Shown: piece by piece, positions 1 through 8,553 of the stretch
Numbering within the stretch: the stretch's first letter is position 1
Layout: each line of letters opens with the position of its first letter
NCBI GenBank assembly: GCA_038207335.1
Contig: JBBQZX010000027.1
Location: 1-64,000, forward strand
Reading direction: 5' to 3'
DNA length: 64,000 nucleotides
Source: Chthoniobacterales bacterium
GTDB lineage: Bacteria > Verrucomicrobiota > Verrucomicrobiia > Chthoniobacterales > Chthoniobacteraceae
Notes under the pieces: model-generated
The model's input: only the letters and a program-made list of their open reading frames with translations
Told to the model about the DNA's origin: nothing
Database searches by the model: none
Position numbers and translations under genes: made by a program

Positions 1-99
1 GACGGCGCCGCCGAAGCTGACGCGATCAAGAAAAACGCCGAGGACGCGGCTAAGACGCTCGAAAAGAAAGCCGACGAGGTCAAGCACGCGCCGAAGTAG
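1..99 (+). CDS. 3' end of a Lys/Ala/Glu-rich hypothetical protein (truncated by window edge)
   Basis: Frame 1 reads DGAAEADAIKKNAEDAAKTLEKKADEVKHAPK* and is followed by a terminator hairpin. Confidence 0.6.
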   Translation, partial: DGAAEADAIKKNAEDAAKTLEKKADEVKHAPK

Positions 100-129
100 A
101 AACCCTACCGCGCGCTTGCAGCGCATTTC

Positions 130-166
130 AAAAGCCCCGGCTTCCCCGTGAAGCCGGGGCTTTTTT
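130..166 (+). terminator. Rho-independent terminator (possibly bidirectional)
   Basis: AAAAGCCCCGGCTTC-cccgt-GAAGCCGGGGCTTTTTT: perfect stem plus T tract. Confidence 0.85.
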
Positions 167-207
167 GCGTCTGGCCTTTGGGACAAATTCACCTACACCA
201 CCGACCC

Positions 208-564
208 ATGAGCCAGCCCGCCGTCAGCATTCACCCCTATTTCAAAGTCCACCCCGGCCAACTCGACGCCGCGCGCGCCCTGCTGCCGCAGTTCGTCGCC
301 CGCACCGCCACGGAGCCGAAGTGCTGCTACTACGAGTTCACCGTCAACGGCGATGAGGTCTTTTGCCGCGAGGCTTACGCCGATGCCGAGGGCACGCTGG
401 CGCATTTGGAAAACGTGGGCGCTTTGCTCGGCGAAATGCTCAAGCTCTCCGACCTCACGCGCCTGGAAGTCCATGGCCCGGCGGCGGAGCTGGAAAAGCT
501 GAAAGGGCCGCTGGCGGCGCTCAATCCGGCGTGGTTCGCCTACGCCTGCGGCGTGGAGCGGTAG
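208..564 (+). CDS. ABM/putative quinol monooxygenase-like (dimeric alpha-beta barrel) protein
   Basis: MSQPAVSIHPYFKVHPG...TATEPKCCYYEF...REAYADAEG.LAHL pattern typical of ABM-fold proteins. Confidence 0.7.
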   Translation: MSQPAVSIHPYFKVHPGQLDAARALLPQFVARTATEPKCCYYEFTVNGDEVFCREAYADAEGTLAHLENVGALLGEMLKLSDLTRLEVHGPAAELEKLKGPLAALNPAWFAYACGVER

Positions 565-579
565 CCGCCGCCGGGTTTT

Positions 580-1653
580 CTACTCCACCAACTTAACCGT
601 TCGCTTTTCCCGCGCGCTCAGTGCCGCGCTATCCACGATCTGTTGGCCGATGCGTGCGATCTCGGGATGCAGCGGCCCGCGCTCAAACTCGCCGCCCGCG
701 AGTGCTTGGAGCACGTATTGGATCGGGTTCTGGAAAGGCGCGCGCACCTCGTCCGCAGCCACCTCGTAGCCCTCGGGCCGCTCGGCCGTCTGCACGCGCA
801 GATGCGTGGCGTAGTCGTAGGCGCTGATCGTCCCGCGCGTGCCGCAAAGGACAAACCCGCACTTGGGTTGCGGCTGCAAAATCCACGGGTCGGTGAAGGT
901 GCCCCAGCGCGTCTCAATCTTCGACAAACCATGCGCGTATCGGCAGACGGTGACGCTGTGCTCATCGACCTCCAGCCCCTCCGGCACATCGACGACGCAG
1001 GTCACCTCGATCGGCTTCCGACCGCCCTGAAACCACGTCCCGACCGTCGCCCCATAACCCGCGTAATCGAGCAGAGAGCCGCCGCCCTGCGCCTTGTGAT
1101 AAAACCAGCTCGCGCGTTTTTCCTCCGCCGTCGGCACCGCTTCGACTTTGTCCGCGCGATGAAAAAGCGGCCCGCGATTTCCGCCGTAGTGATGGAACTC
1201 CAGCAACTCGCCGATCGTCCCTTCATCGAGCAAACGCTTCGCCGTGATGTAGGCCGGATACCAGCGAATGGGCCAGTTGATCGCGAGCAGCTTCCCGGTC
1301 GCGCGTTGCGCCTCGATCATCACATCTGCCTCCGCGAGCGATGCCGCGAACGGCTTTTCGACCATGATGTTCACGCCGAATTCCGCGACCCGTTGCGTCC
1401 ACAAACCATGCTCCGCAGTCGCCGGGCAGAGTACCACGAGGTCGGGCTTCGTCTGCTCGATGCACGCGCGGTAGTCGGTGAATTGGCGTTCGGCCGGGAT
1501 GGAAAATTTGCGCCCTGCGTCAGCCATGCGCGCGGGCGTCTCGTCGCAGATGCCGCAGATTTCGGCGTTTGGATGCTCGTGCGCGACGCGCAGCAAGTCG
1601 CCCATGTGCATGTGGTCGAAATTGATCCCGGCGATTTTCCAAGTCTTGCTCAT
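580..1653 (-). CDS. Gfo/Idh/MocA family oxidoreductase
   Basis: N-terminal Rossmann-like region, VEKP motif, GGGSLLDYAGY motif. Confidence 0.85.
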   Translation of the reverse strand: MSKTWKIAGINFDHMHMGDLLRVAHEHPNAEICGICDETPARMADAGRKFSIPAERQFTDYRACIEQTKPDLVVLCPATAEHGLWTQRVAEFGVNIMVEKPFAASLAEADVMIEAQRATGKLLAINWPIRWYPAYITAKRLLDEGTIGELLEFHHYGGNRGPLFHRADKVEAVPTAEEKRASWFYHKAQGGGSLLDYAGYGATVGTWFQGGRKPIEVTCVVDVPEGLEVDEHSVTVCRYAHGLSKIETRWGTFTDPWILQPQPKCGFVLCGTRGTISAYDYATHLRVQTAERPEGYEVAADEVRAPFQNPIQYVLQALAGGEFERGPLHPEIARIGQQIVDSAALSAREKRTVKLVE

Positions 1654-1960
1654 GCCCGCATTTTTAACCGCCCCGCCGGGCTGGTGGGAATCTCGGAGAT
1701 TTGCGGTGACGATTCTGTCCGGGCAGCTACGGGGAGTCACTGATCCGCTCTAAAAGGAGGGGCCGTCGCGGGGTTGAGGGCGAGCTTGTCGATGATCGGC
1801 TGCGGGGAGTCGAAGTTTGGCTTTCCCACGGTGGGTTCGTCGCGGAGCGGAAGTTGGGCGGTGCTGCTCTCGAGCGTCGCCCGCCAGTCGCGGATCGGGC
1901 CATACAAAACGCGCACATCATCGTGCGGCCTTTATCAGCCGCGTGACGGGAAACCTCCAA

Positions 1961-3289
1961 CTACAACCTTCGCCGACGTAGACGCTGTGTTCCGCCGAGG
2001 AGGCCGAGGCCGCTCAGGAGGGCGAGCGCGGCGCTCGGCTCTGGGACGGCCAGCAAGACGACCGAATTCTGACTTGCGCCCGCGTTGTAATCCAAGCGGT
2101 AGGTGTTTCCGGAAATGGTGAACGTGGTGGAATTCGGATTCGTGCTCGAATCGTAGTCGCTGATCACATTGCCGCCGACCCGGAAGAGGCCGCCGCTGTA
2201 ATTGCCGCTGTAAATGATGAAGGTGAAGGTGCCGCTCGTGATCGGCGTCGCTCCGAGGTCGGTGATGCTCAAGACCACCGAATCATCGCCCGCTAGCGTC
2301 AGATTGCCGGTGATGGAGTCTAAATCGCTGCTGCTCGCCCCGCTGTCGATCTCGAGCTTGAAGATGGAAGCGCTATTCAGCGTGACAGATCCTGTATTCA
2401 AGAGTCCCGGGCTGGCTCCCGGCGACAGCGTCCCTCCGCTGTTCACGATCACGGCTCCCGTCGTCCCGCCGGCCCCGCCGAGCGTGCCGGGGCCGCTGAC
2501 CGTCGTCGTGCTCCCGGCAATCGAGCCGTTCACAAGCAGTGTGCCAGCGGTGACCGTCGTAGCCCCGGTGTACGTATTCGTGCCGCCAAGCGTGAGCGTA
2601 TTGGCACCCAGTTTTTTAAACCCGATGGAATTGGCTCCGCCGTTGGTGTTCCCGATATCGCTGTTGTAGGTGAAGTCTCCGCTCGTCGTATCCAGACCCA
2701 GGCTGGACCCGTTTTTAAAGCCCCCGGAAGCCGTGCCCAGCACCTTCAAATTATCGAGATCCGGGGTCGTGAATTCGATGTCGATTCCATTTTGTTTGGC
2801 GGCTCCCACTCGGAAAGCGGCGGTCGCGCCACTGTTCAAGATGAGTTTCGCATCGGTCCAGTTCGCCTGGGTGCTGCTGTAGAGGGACATCCGGTTGGCA
2901 AAATCCAGGGTGCCGGCGTTGACCGTGGTGGTCCCCGTGTAGCCAGAGGCCGCGGCCATCACCATCGTGCCGGTCCCGGCCTTGATGACATTGCCACTGC
3001 CGATCCCTCCACTGAGCTGCAGATCAATCGCCGACGCTTCGTCCTGGACGTTGAACGTCTTCGTCAAACCGCCCGCGTTGGACATCGATGTCTCGATAAG
3101 CGCCGTGGCTGGGCTCGACAGAATGTTGATCGTCGTGAAACCGCCTTGATCGGTTCCGGTCCAATTACCACCCGTCATATTGACGGTAGTGCTCGGGCCC
3201 AGGTTCTCCACATTGCTGATGAATGTGCCGCCCACGATATTCACCAACGAGAACCGATTGGTTCTGGACGTGTTTAAGTTTGAGGCCAT
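1961..3289 (-). CDS. PEP-CTERM surface protein with autotransporter-associated beta-strand repeats (5' end apparently truncated or frameshifted)
   Basis: Repeats KAGTGTMVM...YTGTTTVNAGTL and KLGANTLTLGGTNTYTGATTVTAGTL; C-terminal VPEPSA + hydrophobic segment + RRRR; no in-frame signal peptide. Confidence 0.8.
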   Translation of the reverse strand: MASNLNTSRTNRFSLVNIVGGTFISNVENLGPSTTVNMTGGNWTGTDQGGFTTINILSSPATALIETSMSNAGGLTKTFNVQDEASAIDLQLSGGIGSGNVIKAGTGTMVMAAASGYTGTTTVNAGTLDFANRMSLYSSTQANWTDAKLILNSGATAAFRVGAAKQNGIDIEFTTPDLDNLKVLGTASGGFKNGSSLGLDTTSGDFTYNSDIGNTNGGANSIGFKKLGANTLTLGGTNTYTGATTVTAGTLLVNGSIAGSTTTVSGPGTLGGAGGTTGAVIVNSGGTLSPGASPGLLNTGSVTLNSASIFKLEIDSGASSSDLDSITGNLTLAGDDSVVLSITDLGATPITSGTFTFIIYSGNYSGGLFRVGGNVISDYDSSTNPNSTTFTISGNTYRLDYNAGASQNSVVLLAVPEPSAALALLSGLGLLGGTQRLRRRRL

Positions 3290-3702
3290 CCGGTTTGTCC
3301 AACGACGGGTCGCGGAGCGATCAGCATCAACAACGTGAACATCAGCGCTGCTCGCTCTTTGGAGGCTCGAAACTGCAGAGCAGCAAAATCCTCTGCGGCA
3401 GCAATCTCGGCATCGTAAAGGTAGGCCACGACCTAAAGGGTGGTTCGGGTTTCGTATTCGGATTCTTTCAGACCGCCGGCAAGATCGGCGCGGTCGAGCA
3501 ACCTGATTGCCTGAAGCCACGAATCTCAGAGCGGTAACGTCCCACTGAGATTTAGTGAAGGGGCATGGCGTGCCGCCTGTGTGGACGCGGCGCTCTGCGC
3601 GCCATGCCAGTCCATCTGGCACATCAGATCTCCTGTCGTGTCCGCCGCAGTGCAGTCGTCAGAGCATTGAAAATGGCGCGAAGAGTGCTATCAGTATTTG
3701 TA

Positions 3703-5841
3703 ATGATTCGCTGGCTGCGCATTAGAAAACCTAAGCCGAACTCGGCGAACGGCGCGCGGAGAAATGGAACGCCTTCGGTCTCTCACGCCACTCCAGCAGA
3801 AGGTCTCGCGAATCTCCCGATCGACGCGGAATCGCTGAAGCCGCATCCGATCCTCTCGCTGCTTCCAGCCGACGCTCTGAATCGTCTGCTCGCGAAGCCC
3901 GCGTTTTCCGAATACCCGAAAGGAACCGTCGTATTCAAAGAGGGCGCCCCGTGCGATGCCATTTTCGTCATCATCAGCGGGCGCTGCGAATCACTCGTCC
4001 GCGGCGGAAATGGCGTCAGTCTCGTCGAGGAAGTCTTCGGCCCCGGCGACACTCTCGGCGAGCGCGCGCTGCTGAATCGAGAACCGTACCGCAGCACCAT
4101 CACGGTCGCCACGCACAGCGTTTTGCTGCGCATTCCTGCGGAGGAATTGGACGAGCTTTTCACGCGCGACCCGAGCATTGCGGGGCGTTTCGCGCAGACC
4201 GTGACGGAGCGGCTTCGCCGCCTCCGCGAGCGCCAGCTCGGTCGCAGCGCCACCGTCCGCCGCATCGTCTCGCTCTTCCCGATTTCACCGCGCGTCGATG
4301 CCCTCGCCGTCGTCCGCCAGCTTGCGAAATCCATCCACGCGCTCACCGGCCAGAGCCTCCTCATCATCCACGCCGGCGCCTCGCACGCCGCGGCGAAACT
4401 CAGCGACTGGCCCGCGCTCGACCGCGTTTCGCACGGCGAATTCCGATACCACGAACAGCTCCGCGAGCACGACTCCGGATTTCACGAGCTGCGCCTCGAA
4501 ATTAGCCATGGTACAAGCTCCGCGAGCCACATCGCTCCGTTGCTAAGCCACTGCGGACGCCACTTCGACTACGTCATCGTCCACGTTCATCCCGAGATCC
4601 CCGTGCCCGTCTCGATCGAGACGATGATCCAGTCCGACCTGTCGTACGTGCTGCTCCAGCCGAGCGTGCAAAACCTCTACGACTTCCAGCTCCTCATCCG
4701 CGAGTTGTGCGACCGCACGCACGGCAATTGCCAGCACGTGAAGCCGATCCTCTTCGCAGAGGAGCACGTGGCCGCTGCCGACATGCACGCGACTCTCAAG
4801 CAACTCGGCCACCCGCTTCACTCCTTCGCGCGCGGGTTTCCGCTGAGCAAAGATCACAGTTCGGGAGACCATCGATATCACCTCCACATCAATCGCCTGG
4901 CGCGCGAAGTCGCACGCCGTCGGGTCGGCCTCGCGCTCTCCTCCGGCGGCGCGAAAGGGCTCGCACACATCGGCGTGATCCAAGTGCTCGAGGAAAATGG
5001 AATCGAGATCGACTGCATCGCCGGCGCGAGCATGGGCGCCTACATTGGCGCGCTATGGGCCTACGGGCTCGACGGCGCGCAACTCGAGAAAACCGCTCGC
5101 GAGCACGAGGGCCGCTGGGGTCTCTGGTCGCTCGTCGAGCCGTCCTTTCCGCCGCGCCAGGGATTCCTCCGCACGCGCCGCGTCGCGCATCGGCTCCGGC
5201 GCTCGATCGGCGAGGCGCATTTTTCCGACCTCGTTCGACCGCTCCGCGTCGTGGCCACGCACCTCGACACACTAGAGCGCGTCATCTTCGCCAGCGGCGA
5301 AGTCGCCGAGACCGTCTCGGCCAGCATCGCGATCCCGGGTGTCTGCGTTCCGGTCACGATCGACTCGGAAACGTACATCGACGGCGGCATCGCGGATCCT
5401 TTGCCAGTCGATGTTTTGGAGGAAATGGGCATCGAGCGAATCATCGCCGTGAACGTCATCCCGCCGCCTGATAAATTGCGCCAGTGGCTCGACCTCGAAC
5501 GCGAGCAACACGGACACGTCTCGCGCTTTCAAAAGCTGCGGCGCTCGTTCAGCGACCGGTTCAACTACTTCGCGCACGGCAACATCCTCGACACGATGCT
5601 TCAGGCCGTGAACGGGGCGCAAACCCGCGTGGCCGAGGCCGCAGCGCTGCACGCCGACGTGCTCCTGCGCCCGCTTTCGTGCGATGCCTACTGGCACGAT
5701 TTTCGCAAGCCCGCCAAATACATCGCGCTCGGCCGCAAAGCCGCCGAGGACCACTTGCCCGCGCTTCGTGCGCTGGCGCAACCCCATGAAAAACGCCCCA
5801 CGCCACCGCTGGCCATCGCGCACGACTTCCGCGCTGCGTAG
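3703..5841 (+). CDS. Cyclic-nucleotide-binding domain + patatin-like phospholipase
   Basis: cNMP domain (VVFKEG...FGPGDTLGERALL...YRSTI); patatin motifs SSGGAKG, GASMG, DGG; start codon uncertain. Confidence 0.88.
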   Translation: MIRWLRIRKPKPNSANGARRNGTPSVSHATPAEGLANLPIDAESLKPHPILSLLPADALNRLLAKPAFSEYPKGTVVFKEGAPCDAIFVIISGRCESLVRGGNGVSLVEEVFGPGDTLGERALLNREPYRSTITVATHSVLLRIPAEELDELFTRDPSIAGRFAQTVTERLRRLRERQLGRSATVRRIVSLFPISPRVDALAVVRQLAKSIHALTGQSLLIIHAGASHAAAKLSDWPALDRVSHGEFRYHEQLREHDSGFHELRLEISHGTSSASHIAPLLSHCGRHFDYVIVHVHPEIPVPVSIETMIQSDLSYVLLQPSVQNLYDFQLLIRELCDRTHGNCQHVKPILFAEEHVAAADMHATLKQLGHPLHSFARGFPLSKDHSSGDHRYHLHINRLAREVARRRVGLALSSGGAKGLAHIGVIQVLEENGIEIDCIAGASMGAYIGALWAYGLDGAQLEKTAREHEGRWGLWSLVEPSFPPRQGFLRTRRVAHRLRRSIGEAHFSDLVRPLRVVATHLDTLERVIFASGEVAETVSASIAIPGVCVPVTIDSETYIDGGIADPLPVDVLEEMGIERIIAVNVIPPPDKLRQWLDLEREQHGHVSRFQKLRRSFSDRFNYFAHGNILDTMLQAVNGAQTRVAEAAALHADVLLRPLSCDAYWHDFRKPAKYIALGRKAAEDHLPALRALAQPHEKRPTPPLAIAHDFRAA

Positions 5842-7279
5842 CTGGCAGCTCGCCCGCTTGCGCACTTACTTGCGCGACACGGTCCTGCCGTTTTCGTCGC
5901 ACTACGGCGCGCTTTTTCGACGGGAAAATATCGACGTCTCCACGCTGCGGACGCCCGCCGACATGGCCCGCATTCCTTTTACCGCGAAGCTCGATTTTGC
6001 GACCGACGGCGCGATGAGCGACCCCGTCCGCGATTTCGTGCTCGTGCCAGACGAGGCGATTTTGGCGCGCCGATTTTCGAGCATCGCCCGCGCGCTCGTT
6101 CAAGGCCGCGCGACTGTCGCCGAGGGCTTCGAGTGCGAGTTTCGCCCGCTGCTTTTGACCAGCACCACGGGCCGTTCCGCCGAGCCCGTTCCATTTCTCT
6201 ACACCGCGCACGACATCGCAAATCTCGAAGTCGCGGGCGCGCGTGTCATGCGCGTCTGCGGCAGCACGCGCGAGATGCGGATGATCAATATGTTCCCGTT
6301 TGCGCCGCATCTTGCGTTTTGGATCACGCATTACGCGGGAACTGAGCGCGGCGTTTTCGTGCTGAGCACGGGCGGCGGAAAAACGATGGGAACCGACGGA
6401 AATCTGCGGCTCACGAACAAGATCAAACCCGACGTGCTGATCGGGATGCCGACGTTTTTATATCACCTTTTGAGTGAGGCGGTGAACGACGGCGTAATGT
6501 TGCCGAATCTCAAGCTCATCGTGCTCGGCGGCGAAAAATCGCCGAGTGGAATGCGGCGAAAATTGCGCGCGCTGGCGGCGCAACTCGGCGCTCCGAAGAT
6601 CGACGTGCTGCGGACTTATGGCTTCACCGAGGCGAAGCTCGCGTGGGCCGAATGCCCGTTCGAGGAGGACGCGGGCTCGGCCGGATACCATGTCCATCCC
6701 GACCTCGCGTTCATCGAAATCGTCGATCCGAAAACCGGCGAGGCGCGCGGCGAAGGCGAGCCCGGCGAGATCGTTTTCACGCCGCTGAATGCGCGCGGCT
6801 CAGTCGTGCTGCGATATCGCACCGGCGATTGCATCGACGGCGGACTTTACCACGAGCAGTGCCCATTCTGCGGACGCCGCGTGCCGCGCCTCGTCGGCGA
6901 AATCTCGCGCAACTCCGACGTGCGAGAACTGCACATCGACAAACTCAAAGGCACGCTCGTCGATTTCAACCACCTCGAACACGTCCTCGACAACGTTGGC
7001 CATGTGGGCACCTGGCAGGTCGAACTACGCAAGCGCCACGACGATCCGCACGAAGTCGATGAGTTGATTTTGCACATCGAAAAACTCGACGACTTCCCCG
7101 AACTGCAGCTGGCCGCACTGCTCGGCGAGCGCTTCGCGAGCGAACTCGAAATCCATCCGAACCGCGTCGAATTTCACACCGCAGAAGAGCTGCGGCGCAA
7201 GCAGGGAGTCGGCACGCAACTCAAAGAACAGCGCGTGGTCGATCACCGGCCCGCGGCGAAATTGGAGGCGATCAAATGA
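5786..7279 (+). CDS. Phenylacetate-CoA ligase (PaaK)-like AMP-forming ligase
   Basis: IPFTAK, IGMPTFLYHL, LGGEK, YGFTE, IEIVDP.TG, RYRTGD motifs of the ANL superfamily. Confidence 0.8.
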   Translation: MKNAPRHRWPSRTTSALRSWQLARLRTYLRDTVLPFSSHYGALFRRENIDVSTLRTPADMARIPFTAKLDFATDGAMSDPVRDFVLVPDEAILARRFSSIARALVQGRATVAEGFECEFRPLLLTSTTGRSAEPVPFLYTAHDIANLEVAGARVMRVCGSTREMRMINMFPFAPHLAFWITHYAGTERGVFVLSTGGGKTMGTDGNLRLTNKIKPDVLIGMPTFLYHLLSEAVNDGVMLPNLKLIVLGGEKSPSGMRRKLRALAAQLGAPKIDVLRTYGFTEAKLAWAECPFEEDAGSAGYHVHPDLAFIEIVDPKTGEARGEGEPGEIVFTPLNARGSVVLRYRTGDCIDGGLYHEQCPFCGRRVPRLVGEISRNSDVRELHIDKLKGTLVDFNHLEHVLDNVGHVGTWQVELRKRHDDPHEVDELILHIEKLDDFPELQLAALLGERFASELEIHPNRVEFHTAEELRRKQGVGTQLKEQRVVDHRPAAKLEAIK

Positions 7280-8553
7280 TGAACAACATCAGCCTGAGAT
7301 TTACCGCCGGTGGCTCCGCGATGTCTGAGCGCCTCGTCATCGTGGATGGGGTTCGCACCCCGTTTTGCAAAGCCGGCACCGACCTCGCCAGCCTCGCCGC
7401 TGACGAACTCGGACGTATCGCCGTCAGCGCGCTGCTCACGCGCACCGGGCTCGATCCCGCGCTCATCGACGAGGTCATTTTCGGCTGCGTCGGCCAGCCG
7501 ATGGATGCGGCGAATATTGCGCGCGTCATCGCGCTGCGCGCTGGCATCCCGCAGTCCGTCCCGGCGGTCACCGTGCATCGAAATTGCGCTTCCGGCTTCG
7601 AGTCGATCACGACGGCATTCGAGCGGATGAGCGCAGAGCGCGGCAGCATCTTCATCGTCGGCGGCGCCGAGAGCATGTCGCAGGTGCCGATGATCTATTC
7701 GCAAGACGCCGCCCAGAAATTCGCCGCACTCGCGAAGTCCAAAACCACGGGTGCAAAACTGTCCGCGATGAGCGCGTTTCGACCCCGCGATTTCGAGCCG
7801 CGCATCGGTTTGAAAATGGGCCTCACCGATCCCGTGAGCGGCCTGAACATGGGCGAAACCGCGGAGCTGCTTGCGCGCGAAAATGGGATCACTCGTGAGG
7901 CGCAGGACGCCTTCGCGATGCGCTCCCATCAGCACGCGCTCGCCGCAGCCGACAAGCTCGCTCAGGAGATTTGCCCAGTCTTCTTGAACGGCAAAGCAAT
8001 CACCCGCGACAACGGCCCGCGCACCGACCAGTCGATGGAAGTGCTCGTCGGTCTGCGGCCCATCTTCGAAAAACACGGCAGCGTGACCGCTGGCAATTCC
8101 TCCCAAGTCACCGACGGTGCAGCCGCGCTGCTCGTGATGACCGAGTCGCGCGCCTCGGAGCTGGGGTTCAAGCCTCTCGGCGCACTCATTGACTACGCCT
8201 ACACCGGCTGCGATCCCGCGCGCATGGGCCTCGGCCCGGTCTTCGCGATCGACCAACTCGAGCGCCGCACCGGCCGCAAACTCGCCGACGCCGACCTTGT
8301 CGAAATCAACGAAGCTTTTGCCGCGCAAGTCCTCGCCGTGCAGCAGCGCCTGCCTGCGCTCGTGCCCGATGAAAAGCTGAACGTCAACGGCGGCGCCATC
8401 GCGCTCGGCCATCCCGTCGGCGCGACCGGCGCGCGCCTCGTGCTCACCGCTTTGCGTGAGCTGGAGAGGCGCGATCAAAAGTCCGCGCTCGTCTCCCTGT
8501 GCGTCGGGGGTGGGCAGGGAGCCGCCCTTTGGCTGGAGCGCATTACATCATGA
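7276..8553 (+). CDS. fadI: Acetyl-CoA C-acyltransferase (thiolase, FadI/FadA-like)
   Basis: RTPF, NCASG (catalytic Cys), NEAFA, GHPVGATG, CVGGGQG; ATGA overlap with the upstream gene (alternative start 7321). Confidence 0.9.
   Translation: MMNNISLRFTAGGSAMSERLVIVDGVRTPFCKAGTDLASLAADELGRIAVSALLTRTGLDPALIDEVIFGCVGQPMDAANIARVIALRAGIPQSVPAVTVHRNCASGFESITTAFERMSAERGSIFIVGGAESMSQVPMIYSQDAAQKFAALAKSKTTGAKLSAMSAFRPRDFEPRIGLKMGLTDPVSGLNMGETAELLARENGITREAQDAFAMRSHQHALAAADKLAQEICPVFLNGKAITRDNGPRTDQSMEVLVGLRPIFEKHGSVTAGNSSQVTDGAAALLVMTESRASELGFKPLGALIDYAYTGCDPARMGLGPVFAIDQLERRTGRKLADADLVEINEAFAAQVLAVQQRLPALVPDEKLNVNGGAIALGHPVGATGARLVLTALRELERRDQKSALVSLCVGGGQGAALWLERITS

Noticed and set aside
1738..1925. 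Coding-looking fragment on the minus strand (...LPLRDEPTVGKPNFDSPQPIIDKLALNP...)
   Set aside because: It is short, has no clear start or RBS and no recognisable family, so it cannot be supported as a gene or pseudogene.
3605..3621. Palindrome TGCCAG-N5-CTGGCA between divergent genes
   Set aside because: A single 6-bp-arm palindrome can occur by chance, and there is no second copy to support an operator.
3661..3695. GAGTGCTA resembling a CIRCE half-site
   Set aside because: There is no matching left arm at 9-bp spacing and it is not upstream of a chaperone gene. It is better explained as promoter sequence.
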